The position numbers were made by a program, and so were the translations under genes. 64,000 nt of DNA, taken from assembly GCA_963740315.1 (NCBI GenBank), contig CAVUDP010000002.1, forward strand, positions 832,001 to 896,000. The letters run 5' to 3'. Shown one piece after another: positions 19,142-29,300 of the stretch; position 1 is the stretch's first letter; each line of letters starts with the position of its first letter. A model generated the notes under the pieces. It had not been told where the DNA came from, did no database searches, and saw only the letters and a program-made list of their open reading frames with translations. Source of the stretch: an uncultured cyanobacterium. Lineage in GTDB: Bacteria; Cyanobacteriota; Cyanobacteriia; Cyanobacteriales; Nostocaceae.

Positions 19142-20557
19142 TTAACAGTCGTAATAAAGAGAAAATTCGTAGGGATGAGGACGTAAACGCATGGGGTTAA
19201 CTTCAGTATCTAACTTGTAAGAAATCCAGTTTTCTACGAAGTCTTTAGTGAATACTCCACCTTCAATTAAGAAATCGTGGTCTTTTTCAAGAGCTTCTAA
19301 AGCTAAATCCAGAGAGCCTGGTGTAGAAGGAACTTTGGCTAGTTCTTCTGGAGAAAGTTCGTAGATGTTCTTATCTAAAGGTTCGCCTGGATCGATTTTA
19401 TTTTTGATACCATCTAAACCAGCGCAGAGCATTGCAGCAAAGGCTAGATAAGGGTTACAAGTTGCGTCGGGACAGCGGAATTCCAAACGCTTGGCTTTAG
19501 GGTTGTCGCCAGCCAGAGGAATACGCACCGAAGCGGAACGGTTTCCTTGGGAGTAAGCCAAGTTTACTGGTGCTTCGTAACCGGGTACCAAACGCTTGTA
19601 AGAGTTGGTGCTGGGGTTGGTGAACGCTAACAACGCTGGTGCGTGCTTGAGAATTCCACCAATGTAGTGAAGTCCCATTTCGCTCATTCCGGCATACTTA
19701 TCGCCAGCGAACAAAGGCTTGCCGTCTCTCCAAATCGATTGGTGGGTGTGCATACCGGAGCCGTTATCTTGGAATACTGGCTTGGGCATGAAGGTAACTG
19801 ATTTACCGTATTTCTTAGCTACGTTCTTAATTACGTACTTGTAAGTCATCAACCAATCGGCTGCTTCGATGAGTTTACCAAAACGGAAACCCAATTCGCA
19901 CTGACCGCCAGTAGCTACTTCGTGGTGATGCTTTTCAATGGGAACGCCGCATTTTGCCATTTCCAACAGCATTTCCGTTCGCATATCTTGCGAGGTGTCG
20001 GTTGGAGCTACAGGGAAATAACCCGATTTATAGTTTGGCTTGTAACCGAGGTTGGGACCTTCATCTTTACCAGAATTCCAACGCCCTTCTACGGAATCTA
20101 CGTAGTAATAGCCTGAGTTCTGGGTTTGGTCAAAGCGAACATCGTCAAAGATGAAAAATTCCGCTTCTGGACCAAAATATGCCGTATCACCGGCACCGGA
20201 TGCTACTAAATAATCAATAGCTTTCTGAGCAATTACCCTCGGACAGCGATCGTACCATTCACCCGTGCGGGGTTCTTTAATACTACATATAATACTGAGG
20301 GTGGGTTCTTGCATGAAAGGGTCGATCCAAGCAGTATTTGGATCTAGCACCATTGACATATCTGACTCATTAATGGCTTTCCAACCCCGAATACTCGAAC
20401 CGTCAAATGGTACGCCATCGGTGAAAGAACTTTCATCGATTTCGCCTTGGAACATTGTTAAATGCTGCCAAATCCCTGGCATATCGATGAATTTCAGATC
20501 GATCATCTGAATATTTTGGTCTTGAATCATTTTCAAGACTTCTTGTGGGGTTGTCAT
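19142..20557 (-). CDS. glnA: Glutamine synthetase type I
   Basis: [25 protein letters not shown]...[25 protein letters not shown]. Confidence 0.99.
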   Translation of the reverse strand: MTTPQEVLKMIQDQNIQMIDLKFIDMPGIWQHLTMFQGEIDESSFTDGVPFDGSSIRGWKAINESDMSMVLDPNTAWIDPFMQEPTLSIICSIKEPRTGEWYDRCPRVIAQKAIDYLVASGAGDTAYFGPEAEFFIFDDVRFDQTQNSGYYYVDSVEGRWNSGKDEGPNLGYKPNYKSGYFPVAPTDTSQDMRTEMLLEMAKCGVPIEKHHHEVATGGQCELGFRFGKLIEAADWLMTYKYVIKNVAKKYGKSVTFMPKPVFQDNGSGMHTHQSIWRDGKPLFAGDKYAGMSEMGLHYIGGILKHAPALLAFTNPSTNSYKRLVPGYEAPVNLAYSQGNRSASVRIPLAGDNPKAKRLEFRCPDATCNPYLAFAAMLCAGLDGIKNKIDPGEPLDKNIYELSPEELAKVPSTPGSLDLALEALEKDHDFLIEGGVFTKDFVENWISYKLDTEVNPMRLRPHPYEFSLYYDC

Positions 20558-20657
20558 GGTTACTCCTTATCTGCCAATACGCAATGGATTAAAACGGAAA
20601 CATTCAAAAAACTGTTGACCCTTAGAAGCTGGAACCACTTGTTGACACACCTGGAAT

Positions 20658-20699
20658 ATCCTAAATAGAGGGAAGACCAAAAAGAGTATCATTTGTAAC
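20658..20699 (-). promoter_or_regulatory. NtcA-activated glnA promoter
   Basis: Minus strand GTTACAAATGATAC (20699-20686), 22 nt, TAGGAT (20663-20658): canonical spacing for NtcA activation. Confidence 0.85.
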
Positions 20700-20918
20700 A
20701 GAAAATCTAATCTAAAGGTAATGTTAACCTTTTGGTAAATCATCCATACAAAAATAAAAGTTCATCTTATATGGGTCAACTTTGGCATAAAATCCTTAAG
20801 TAGTATGGATTACTTTTGTGCCAAGTTTTGGCTAAGTTACCACAAAATAGGTTTTTTGATGGACTATTTAGCCAAATTAATATCAAATCATGATTAGGAA
20901 TACTGGGGGATAATAAAA

Positions 20919-21428
20919 ATGCAAGATGCCGTAACAAATTTAATTAAGAATTATGACGTTAGCGGTCGCTATTTCGATAGAAATGCTGTAGATTCGCTTA
21001 AATCTTATTTTGAAACTGGCACGATAAGAGTACAAGCAGCAGCGGCTATCAACTCTAATGCAGCATTTATAGTCAAGGAATCTGCCGTTAAGTTATTTGA
21101 AGACCAGCCAGAATTGATTCGTCCCGGCGGAAACGCTTATACAACCCGTCGTTATGCGGCTTGTTTGCGGGACATGGATTACTATTTGCGCTACGCCACT
21201 TATGCCTTAGTTGCTGGCAGCATGGACGTGCTAGACGAGCGAGTATTGCAAGGTTTGCGCGAAACTTACAATTCTTTAGGAGTACCGATCGCTCCTACAG
21301 TTGCCGGGATTCAAATCATGAAGGAAATGGTTAAAGAGCAAGTTGCATCTTCAGGTATTGACGATACCAGCTTTGTAGACGAACCCTTTGACTATATGAC
21401 CAGAGAGTTGAGCGAAACGGATATTTAA
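20919..21428 (+). CDS. apcF: Allophycocyanin beta-18 subunit
   Basis: 169 aa; MQDAVT...PGGNAYTTRRYAACLRDMDYYLRYA; divergent from glnA. Confidence 0.95.
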   Translation: MQDAVTNLIKNYDVSGRYFDRNAVDSLKSYFETGTIRVQAAAAINSNAAFIVKESAVKLFEDQPELIRPGGNAYTTRRYAACLRDMDYYLRYATYALVAGSMDVLDERVLQGLRETYNSLGVPIAPTVAGIQIMKEMVKEQVASSGIDDTSFVDEPFDYMTRELSETDI

Positions 21429-21590
21429 GATAGGGAGTAGGGAGTAGGGAGTAGGGAGTAGGGAGGAGTTAGTAAGGTTAAAGGTCTGCATGTTAAAGGT
21501 CTGCATGTTAAAATTCCCCTTGTCCCCTTGTCTCCCCATCTCCCCATCTCCCCATCCCCCCATCTCCCCATCCCCCCATCCCCATCTCCC

Positions 21591-22451
21591 ATGCCCAAAC
21601 AAAGACTTGATGTTTTATTAGTAGAACTCGGTTTATCTTCGTCTCGTCAGCAAGCGCAACGGTTAATTCAAGCTGGTGAGGTGTTGGTTGATAATCAATT
21701 GGTGGATAAAGCGGGAACTTCGGTTGATGTTGCAGCCGTAATTAGGGTTAAGCAGAAGTCGCGTTTTGTTTCTCGTGGTGGAGAAAAGTTAGTTAAAGCT
21801 TTGGATGATTTTAATATTCCTGTAGAAGGGCGTGTTTGTTTGGATGGCGGAATTTCTACGGGTGGCTTTACCGATTGTTTGTTACAAGCGGGAGCTAAAT
21901 TAGTTTACGGTATTGATGTCGGTTACGGACAAGTTGATTGGCGTTTGCGTTCGGATGCACGGGTGGTTTTACGCGAACGTACTAATTTACGGCATTTGAC
22001 TCCGGAAGATTTGTATGGAGATGGGGAGAGAGGGGACAAGGAGATGGGGGGAGGGGGAGATGGGGAGAAAGAATTTCCTGATTTGGCTGTGGTAGATGTT
22101 TCGTTTATTTCTTTAACTAAAGTTTTGCCTGCGCTGTGGCAACTTCTGCAATCTCCTCGCGAAGCTTTGTTATTAGTAAAACCACAGTTTGAAGTTGGTA
22201 AAAACCGAGTTGGTAAAAAAGGGGTTGTGCGTAACCCAGACGATCAAGCTGATGCGATTTTTCAAGTTTTGCAAGCCGCTACAGAGTTAGGATGGTTTTA
22301 TAAAGGTTTAACTTGGTCGCCTATTACTGGTCCGGCTGGAAATATCGAGTATCTTTTATGGTTGGAATGTGATAGTGAAACCACGCAGCTTGATTTAGCA
22401 GCTATTAAGCAAATAACTTCTGATGCTATTGCTAGTTTGAAGCAAAATTAA
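21591..22451 (+). CDS. tlyA: TlyA family rRNA methyltransferase/hemolysin
   Basis: S4 domain KQRLDVLLV, FVSRGGEKL, DGGISTGGFTDCLLQ, DVSFISL, LVKPQFE; ATG at 21591 (upstream extension is repeat DNA). Confidence 0.93.
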   Translation: MPKQRLDVLLVELGLSSSRQQAQRLIQAGEVLVDNQLVDKAGTSVDVAAVIRVKQKSRFVSRGGEKLVKALDDFNIPVEGRVCLDGGISTGGFTDCLLQAGAKLVYGIDVGYGQVDWRLRSDARVVLRERTNLRHLTPEDLYGDGERGDKEMGGGGDGEKEFPDLAVVDVSFISLTKVLPALWQLLQSPREALLLVKPQFEVGKNRVGKKGVVRNPDDQADAIFQVLQAATELGWFYKGLTWSPITGPAGNIEYLLWLECDSETTQLDLAAIKQITSDAIASLKQN

Positions 22452-22606
22452 ATTAGATATTTTATATCCGACTATTTGACATTAGTAATGTTTGTAGATG
22501 GCGATCGCTAAAATTTTACTAAAACTCTCCTTTACTCCTAACTCCTCACTCCTAACTCCTAACTCCTAACTCCCTTAAGGGCACACCACAAGATAAACTA
22601 ATATTT

Positions 22607-23500
22607 ATGCTTCCTAAGTTTCCAAAATTTCTTCCTACTGGGGTTGAGCAATTAACGGAACCTGCTTCAATTGCTCTTGCTAAAATTATCCAGCAAACAC
22701 CTCTGATAACTCCCTTAAGCGAACAGCCAATTAATACAACTTACGTGCATCAAGGTAGTGGTGGTACGCCGTTTCTACTCGTACATGGCTTCGATAGTTC
22801 GGTGTTGGAATACCGTCGTTTGTTACCTTTATTAGCGGCACAAAATGAAACTTGGGCAGTTGATTTATTAGGTTTTGGCTTTAGCGATCGCCCCTACGGG
22901 ATAAAGTTTAATCCAAATAATATTAAAACCCATCTTTATTGTTTTTGGAAAAGCTTGATTAATCAACCTGTAATTTTAGTAGGTGCTTCGATGGGAGGTG
23001 CTGCGGCTATCGATTTTGCTTTATCTTATCCAGAAATCGTAGCAAAACTGGTATTAATTGATAGCGCGGGTTTAACGGGTGGTTCACCAGCAAGTAAATT
23101 AATGTTTCCACCGTTGGATTATTTAGCCACAGAATTTTTGAAAAATCGTAAAATACGTCAAAGCATCAGTCGCACGGCTTATAAAAATAAACAATTTGCA
23201 ACTGAAGATGCATTATTTTGTGGTGCGTTGCATTTAGAAATTCCGAACTGGAATAAAGCTTTAATTGCTTTTACAAAAAGCGGTGGTTATCAACCTTTAA
23301 AAGCGAATCAACTTGAAGAGATTAAGCAAGAAACGCTGATATTGTGGGGAGATGAAGATAAAATATTAGGTACTAAGGATGCCCAGAAATTTGAACGGGC
23401 AATTCCTAATAGTACACTAACTTGGATAAAAAATAGCGGACACGTTCCTCATTTAGAACAGCCAGAAGTTACCGCAAAAGAAATTTTAGATTTTTGTTAG
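22607..23500 (+). CDS. Alpha/beta hydrolase
   Basis: HGFDSS, GASMGG nucleophile elbow, GHVPHLE. Confidence 0.92.
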   Translation: MLPKFPKFLPTGVEQLTEPASIALAKIIQQTPLITPLSEQPINTTYVHQGSGGTPFLLVHGFDSSVLEYRRLLPLLAAQNETWAVDLLGFGFSDRPYGIKFNPNNIKTHLYCFWKSLINQPVILVGASMGGAAAIDFALSYPEIVAKLVLIDSAGLTGGSPASKLMFPPLDYLATEFLKNRKIRQSISRTAYKNKQFATEDALFCGALHLEIPNWNKALIAFTKSGGYQPLKANQLEEIKQETLILWGDEDKILGTKDAQKFERAIPNSTLTWIKNSGHVPHLEQPEVTAKEILDFC

Positions 23501-23589
23501 TTGTTAGTTGTTAGTTGTTAATTGTTCACTCCTAACTCCTAACTCCGGTACAGACGTAGCATTGCTACGTCTCTACAACTCCTAACTGA

Positions 23590-24450
23590 TTAATCTAACA
23601 ACCACATCGGAGCAGTACTATCAGAATCTTGGGATTGATTATCCGGCAAGGGACCAGTTGGACGAGAGTAATGTTTTCTGTAAGTTAATGCGGATGAATA
23701 ATCTTTCTTTGGTTGAGTTATCGCAGATTGATTGGGAACTCGTTGTTTAGCAGCAGGTTGTCTGGAAACTGGTAGTTTTGCAGGAGGCTCCATCTGGGCA
23801 ATTTTCTGGGCTGTATTTACTTCTGCTGTAAGTTTGGTATTTGCTTCTGCTAACTGTAAAGCATCTTTTTTCGCTGCATAAAGTTCTGTGTTTAACTTCT
23901 CCGCTAATTCATCTTTCTCTTTTAAAGTTAACTGTAATTCTCCAACTAGCTTCTCTAAGCTTTTTTCATTTTTACGTACTACTGCTAATTCCTGTTTAAG
24001 TTCTTCTACAGTGTCTTGTAAATTTTCTAACTTTTCTATATGTTCATCTTTCTCTTTTAAAGTTAACTGTAACTCTCCAACTAGCTTCTCTAAGCTTTTT
24101 TCGTTTTTACGTGCTGCTGCCAATTCTTGTTTAAATTCTTCTACGGTATCTTGTAAATTTCCTAGTTTTTTCGCTTCATCAACTTCTTTCTGCAACTGCT
24201 TAAACAGCTTTTCTTGTTCGGCAATCGTAGATTGAAATCCCGACGCTTGTTTCTGTAAAGTTTCTTCGTTTTTTCGTGTTTTTTCTAAAGTTTCTTGCAA
24301 TTCTTTGACAGTTGCGTCTAAATCAACAGGAGCAGTTTTAGTTTGTTTATTCATATCTTTTACCTCAGATGCAGGGACATCAATAGTTGATTCGTTACCT
24401 GTTTTTTTTACTTCTTCTTTTAATAAATCAGAAAGATTTCTTCTAGCCAT
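23590..24450 (-). CDS. mcdB: Coiled-coil ParA partner, McdB-like carboxysome positioning protein
   Basis: Overlaps the parA stop (TAATG) with GGAGG RBS; basic N-terminus MARRNL, central coiled coil, disordered tail ending MWLLD (Trp near C-terminus). Confidence 0.75.
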   Translation of the reverse strand: MARRNLSDLLKEEVKKTGNESTIDVPASEVKDMNKQTKTAPVDLDATVKELQETLEKTRKNEETLQKQASGFQSTIAEQEKLFKQLQKEVDEAKKLGNLQDTVEEFKQELAAARKNEKSLEKLVGELQLTLKEKDEHIEKLENLQDTVEELKQELAVVRKNEKSLEKLVGELQLTLKEKDELAEKLNTELYAAKKDALQLAEANTKLTAEVNTAQKIAQMEPPAKLPVSRQPAAKQRVPNQSAITQPKKDYSSALTYRKHYSRPTGPLPDNQSQDSDSTAPMWLLD

Positions 24451-25082
24451 TATTTCCTCCAATCACGCTGTAATTCGTCAGCCACGCGGCGATAGTCAGA
24501 CTCCGCCTCCCGTGCGTTTTTCCCCCGCCATTGAGTAATCGCCACCCCATCAAGCGCAGCTCTTTCATGGGCTTTGTAAATACGGATAAACGCATTACAA
24601 GCGGGAATTCCCAAACTCAAAAGAGTATTTTGAGCTTCGATCGCTTCTTTCAAACTTCGCGTATCCACTTTTGTTAACAGCACTCGATGGGGAGTACCCG
24701 CAGGAGTAACTGCTTCTTTGACTGTATCAATCAAAGCAGCTAAATCCATTGGCGCTGGGGGTGTTGGCAAAACCAAATAATCGGCATTTTTGACTACTGC
24801 TGCTAATGCTTGAGAATGCAGCGCTGGAGGCGTATCGACTACTACTAAATCGTAACCTTTTATAGAGCGTAAACTACCTAATAATTTCGGATTTGTCTCT
24901 TGAGATAGATCGAAGCCCATCCCCGAATCACTCCTTGAGAACCACCAACTAGCCGAACCTTGGACATCCGCATCTACCAAAAGTACCTTTTTTTTATCCG
25001 CGAAAGATGCTGCAAGGTTTATCGAGGTAGTCGTTTTACCGACTCCTCCTTTGCCATTTAGGATAGCTATAACTTTTGGCAT
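24450..25082 (-). CDS. mcdA: ParA/MinD ATPase, McdA-like
   Basis: KGGVGKTT deviant Walker [12 protein letters not shown] double Trp, VVVDTPP; 210 aa with no HTH. Confidence 0.8.
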   Translation of the reverse strand: MPKVIAILNGKGGVGKTTTSINLAASFADKKKVLLVDADVQGSASWWFSRSDSGMGFDLSQETNPKLLGSLRSIKGYDLVVVDTPPALHSQALAAVVKNADYLVLPTPPAPMDLAALIDTVKEAVTPAGTPHRVLLTKVDTRSLKEAIEAQNTLLSLGIPACNAFIRIYKAHERAALDGVAITQWRGKNAREAESDYRRVADELQRDWRK

Positions 25083-25241
25083 CTATCCTTTCCCCCCAAC
25101 GTTCATATCAGAAAATATACCGCGTTTTGGGGAAAGTAAGTTAAGAGTTATGAGTTAAAAATAGGTTCGTAGTCAGCGATTTATCGCTTGAAGGACTCGC
25201 ATTCCTTACTACGAACCTTTCAAAAATTATCAAAACAAGTA

Positions 25242-26162
25242 CTAATTTCTATTCAAAGCTTGCTCGATGGTCGAAATTTTCACGGCGAAGTTGGTAATAT
25301 CTCTTCCGGTAACTGTATTTTTTTGTTCGGCATTATTAAGAGCGATGATATAAGGATTGCCACCGATTACACCGATAATTGCTCCACCCGAAGATCCACC
25401 TGCTGTAGCACAATCATGCAATAAGGAACCATTCTCTTCTTGGGTAATGCTGCATCCTGCTTCGTAACTTGCAGTCCATCCGGGACCAGCGGTGAAGTAT
25501 TTTTTATACTTTTCGGTGGGGAAATCACCTGAATAACCGACAAAGAAGAAAGCTTTTTTATTGCGAGTTAGTACCTCAGTTGGTAACGATTTCCATCCCA
25601 AATACCCGTATTTACGACCGAGAGGCTGGTTAATTTTCATAATCGCCCAGTCATTTGAAAGACTGTTAGAGGATGTTTTAAAATCAGTACCGTAAATTAC
25701 TTGCTCAACTTGCGCTATATCTTGGTAATTCTTATCAATGACGTTGGGCATAAATTCGATTTTAGTACTCAATTTGCCACTGTCAGGATCGATAACGCAG
25801 TGAGCATTAGTTAAAACTAAATTAGGAGCAATTAAACTTCCCGTGCAATGATAACTGCTGCCATCATTTACAGTACCTTGAACTCGACCGATCGCAGACC
25901 AAGGATATTTTCGGCTCAACATGGGAATGCGGTTGTCTATACCAGTGGGAATTCCCCTAGTAGGACCTTCGTTAGGTTTTGCAGAACGTCCTAAACCGGG
26001 GGGTATGAAAGGTTTGCGATCGCTTTCCACGTTTGCTTTATCGGCACTGATAAATAATGGTGTAATACTTTGCTGTGTTTGTGCTTGTACTGATGCCCAA
26101 TAGCTAATAGTTGTAATACTAAGAAGCCCGGTAATTAAGAATCGGAAAAACTTTTTATTCAT
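25242..26162 (-). CDS. Exported V8/trypsin-like serine protease
   Basis: Signal peptide; TNAHC (His), NDWA (Asp), GGSSGG (Ser). Confidence 0.9.
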   Translation of the reverse strand: MNKKFFRFLITGLLSITTISYWASVQAQTQQSITPLFISADKANVESDRKPFIPPGLGRSAKPNEGPTRGIPTGIDNRIPMLSRKYPWSAIGRVQGTVNDGSSYHCTGSLIAPNLVLTNAHCVIDPDSGKLSTKIEFMPNVIDKNYQDIAQVEQVIYGTDFKTSSNSLSNDWAIMKINQPLGRKYGYLGWKSLPTEVLTRNKKAFFFVGYSGDFPTEKYKKYFTAGPGWTASYEAGCSITQEENGSLLHDCATAGGSSGGAIIGVIGGNPYIIALNNAEQKNTVTGRDITNFAVKISTIEQALNRN

Positions 26163-26308
26163 GGTAAGAAATACTCCTTAATTAAATATTTGGATTGATG
26201 ATGAAAACACTGTTAATCAGAATTTGAAGTTGGGATTTCCCATTGGTGGAGACGTAGCAGTGCTACGTCTCTACATACATTTCGCGTTTGAGACTAAGTT
26301 TTTAAGTG

Positions 26309-29300
26309 CTAATTATTCCATTCACCTTGGGAGGTAAAAGCAGCCCAGTAGTAGGGATTTTGCCATTCTTTTTGCTGCCACATTTGCAGTTGAGCCTGAC
26401 GCAAAGCTGTTGTAGGAGATGCTTTTTTCTCTAATATCGCTTTATACATCTGGGGGATTAATTTAGATGTTGCTTTATCGTCAACTTGCCATAGAGAAAT
26501 TACGGCATTTTCTGCACCCGCATACATCAACCCTCTCGTCAAACCAATTAATCCTTCACCGGGAACACCTTTACCCAAACCAGTTTCGCAAGCACTGAGA
26601 ACAACTAAATCTGCACCCCAATCTAAGTTAAAAATATCACCCAGCAGCAGATTCACTCTATCTAATGGTTTGTTTTGTTTATCTACTGCCGAGAGTAAAA
26701 TTCCCGATAATTCGGGATTATCTGGATTTGCGAAACCGTGGGTTGCTAAATGTATGAATCGATATTGTTTGAGTTGTTTGTCAGTTACCCAGTTGTAATT
26801 GGCATCGAAATCAAAAGCTTGTAAGGTTTCTGAAGCTGGTACTAGTTTTAAAACGTTCTCTAAAATTTCATCGGCTTCTTTGCGAGTACCTGGTAGTCTT
26901 TCCCATCCAGCACGGTTTAGACTTCTTGCGGCTTGTTTTAGTAATGAGCTAGTTAAATCAATTTCTGGAGCTAGAGCAGGAGGTTTACCAGTGACTCGCT
27001 CATCTTCAGAAGAAAATACTGCATCTGCAAGCACGGCTAAAGTTTTGGGAGCAGTTTGACGCTGTTTGAGTTCATTTCGGTGAATGGCGATCGCGCTTAC
27101 AGAAGGTAGATTTACGATTTCGCGATCGACTAGCAGCGGTTGATAGTTGGTTTGATTTGGTTCCGATAATGCAGCAAAAGGAATTTCGAGTAAAGCACCG
27201 TCAGCGACAATTACCAAACGCTTTTTACCCAATTTTCCAGAAACCGGAGCAAAAATCAGCTTACTGAGTTCGGTGGCAGCTTGGGTAACTTCTTGAAAAT
27301 CTTTGGCTTTTTGTGCTGCGGGTAAATCTTGGCAATTTATCAGTGACTTTTCACATTTTTTCAATAATTCCTTGAATTTCGCTGTTGCTGTTTCGATTTC
27401 TTCGCGTTTTGGTAACTCGTAGCTGTTAAGGGAATCGGGAGTTACCGTCCATAAATAACTGCGTTCTTTACCCAAGGAATATTGTAAAAGTACGGTGTCT
27501 TTATCTAATTGTTGTTGGATTTGGTTTAATTTTAGAGGTTCGGGATATTTGAGCGCGGCGTATTTGGGATTGCTTTGTTTAATTTGGACTTGCAGTTGCT
27601 TGTATTCGTTGAGGTGGTTTTCGATTTCTTTTTCTAAGTTTTGTGCGGCGTTTTTAGAAATGAGGTCATTACTTTTATTTTTATCATTAACTATGCCCAA
27701 GCGTAATTTCTCTTTAGCATTAATCAATTGTTGTAAGCGGCTTTCTTCAGCTAAAAGTTGGGGGTTTGCACCTTTACGGATATCGGCGTTTGCTTCAGTT
27801 AATAGTTCCAAAAGTCCCCTGGCGCGAGATTTTTCGCTGGCATTGAGTGCTAATGCATCGTATCCTTCGGATGGATTTTGCTTATGCAATTGCATTAATA
27901 TGTCGATGTATAGTTTGTAGATATTTTGTACTGTGGCGAAGTAGGATGTACGCAAATCTTCGCTAACAACATTGGTGCGTAACTCTTCAATAATATTGAT
28001 TGCGGCTTGACTATTAGTGAGTGCTGTTTTGAGATTGCCGTTGTCTCTGTATACTTTGGCGATATGGGAAAGGTTTGTTGCTTGAGTAGCTTTATCCCCA
28101 GCTTCTTGCAACAAAGGTAATGCTTGGTTGTAGAATTTAAGCGCTTGTTGTTTGTCTTCTAATGAGTAATAGATAGTACCAATATTGAGTAGAGTTACTG
28201 CTTCTCCATTTTTACCCTCAACTTCCTGATATAGAATTAATGCTTGGTTAAAGAATTTAAGTGCTTGCTGCTTGTCTCCTAAATCCGAGTAGCTTTGTCC
28301 AATATTAAGTAAATTTGTTGCTTCCCCACTTTTATCATCAACTGAGCGACTTAGAGGTAGTGCTTGATTGTAGAATTTGAGTGCTTGCTGCTTGTCTCCT
28401 AAATCCGAGTAGCTTTTTCCAATATTATTGAGGGTTCTTGCTTCCCCACTTTTATTCTTAACTTCCTGATATAGAAGTAACGCTTGGTTGTAGAATTTGA
28501 ATGCTTGTTGGTTGTCTCCTAAATCCGAGTAGACACCACCAATATTAAGTAGATTTGTTGCTTCCCCATTTTTTTCCTTAACTTTCCGATGTAGAAGTAA
28601 TGCTTGGTTGTGGAATTTGAGTGCTTGCTGGTTGTTTCCTAAATAGTTGTAGACAGCACCAATATTGTTGAGGGTTCTTGCTTCCCCACTTTTATCCTCA
28701 ACTTCCTGAGACAAAAGTAATGCTTGGTTAAAGAATTTAAGTGCTTGCTGCTTGTCTCCTAAATCCGAGTAGACACTACCAATATTATTGAGAGTTGTTG
28801 CTTCTCCACTTTTATCTCCAACTTTCCGCATTAGAGGTAACGCTTGGTTATAGAATTTGAGTGCTTGCTGGTTGTCTCCTAAATAGTTGTAGATAGCACC
28901 AATATTACTTAGAGTTGCTGCTTCCCCACTTTTATTTCCAACTTTTCGCCTTAGAGGTAATGCTTGGTTGTAAAATTTGAGTGCTTGCTGTTTTTTTCCT
29001 AAATCCGAGTAGACAGAACCAATATTATTGAGGGTTGTTGCTTCCCCATCGTTGTTGTTAAGTTCCCGATATAGAAGTAATGCTTGGTTGAACAATTTAA
29101 ATGCTTGTTGCTTATCTCCTAAATCTGAGTGGAGTTTACCAATATTATTGAGAGTTGTTGCTTGCCCATCTTTATCCCCAATTTCTTGAAATAAAGCTAA
29201 TGCTTGGTTGTAGAATTTGAATGCTTGTTGCTTGTCTCCTAAATCGTTGTAGGTAGTACCAATATTATTGAGAGTTGCTGCTTGCCCCTTTTTATCCCTA

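Noticed and set aside
21528..21590. N-terminal extension of TlyA
   Set aside because: Encoded by CCCCATCT repeats; the S4 domain begins at ATG 21591.
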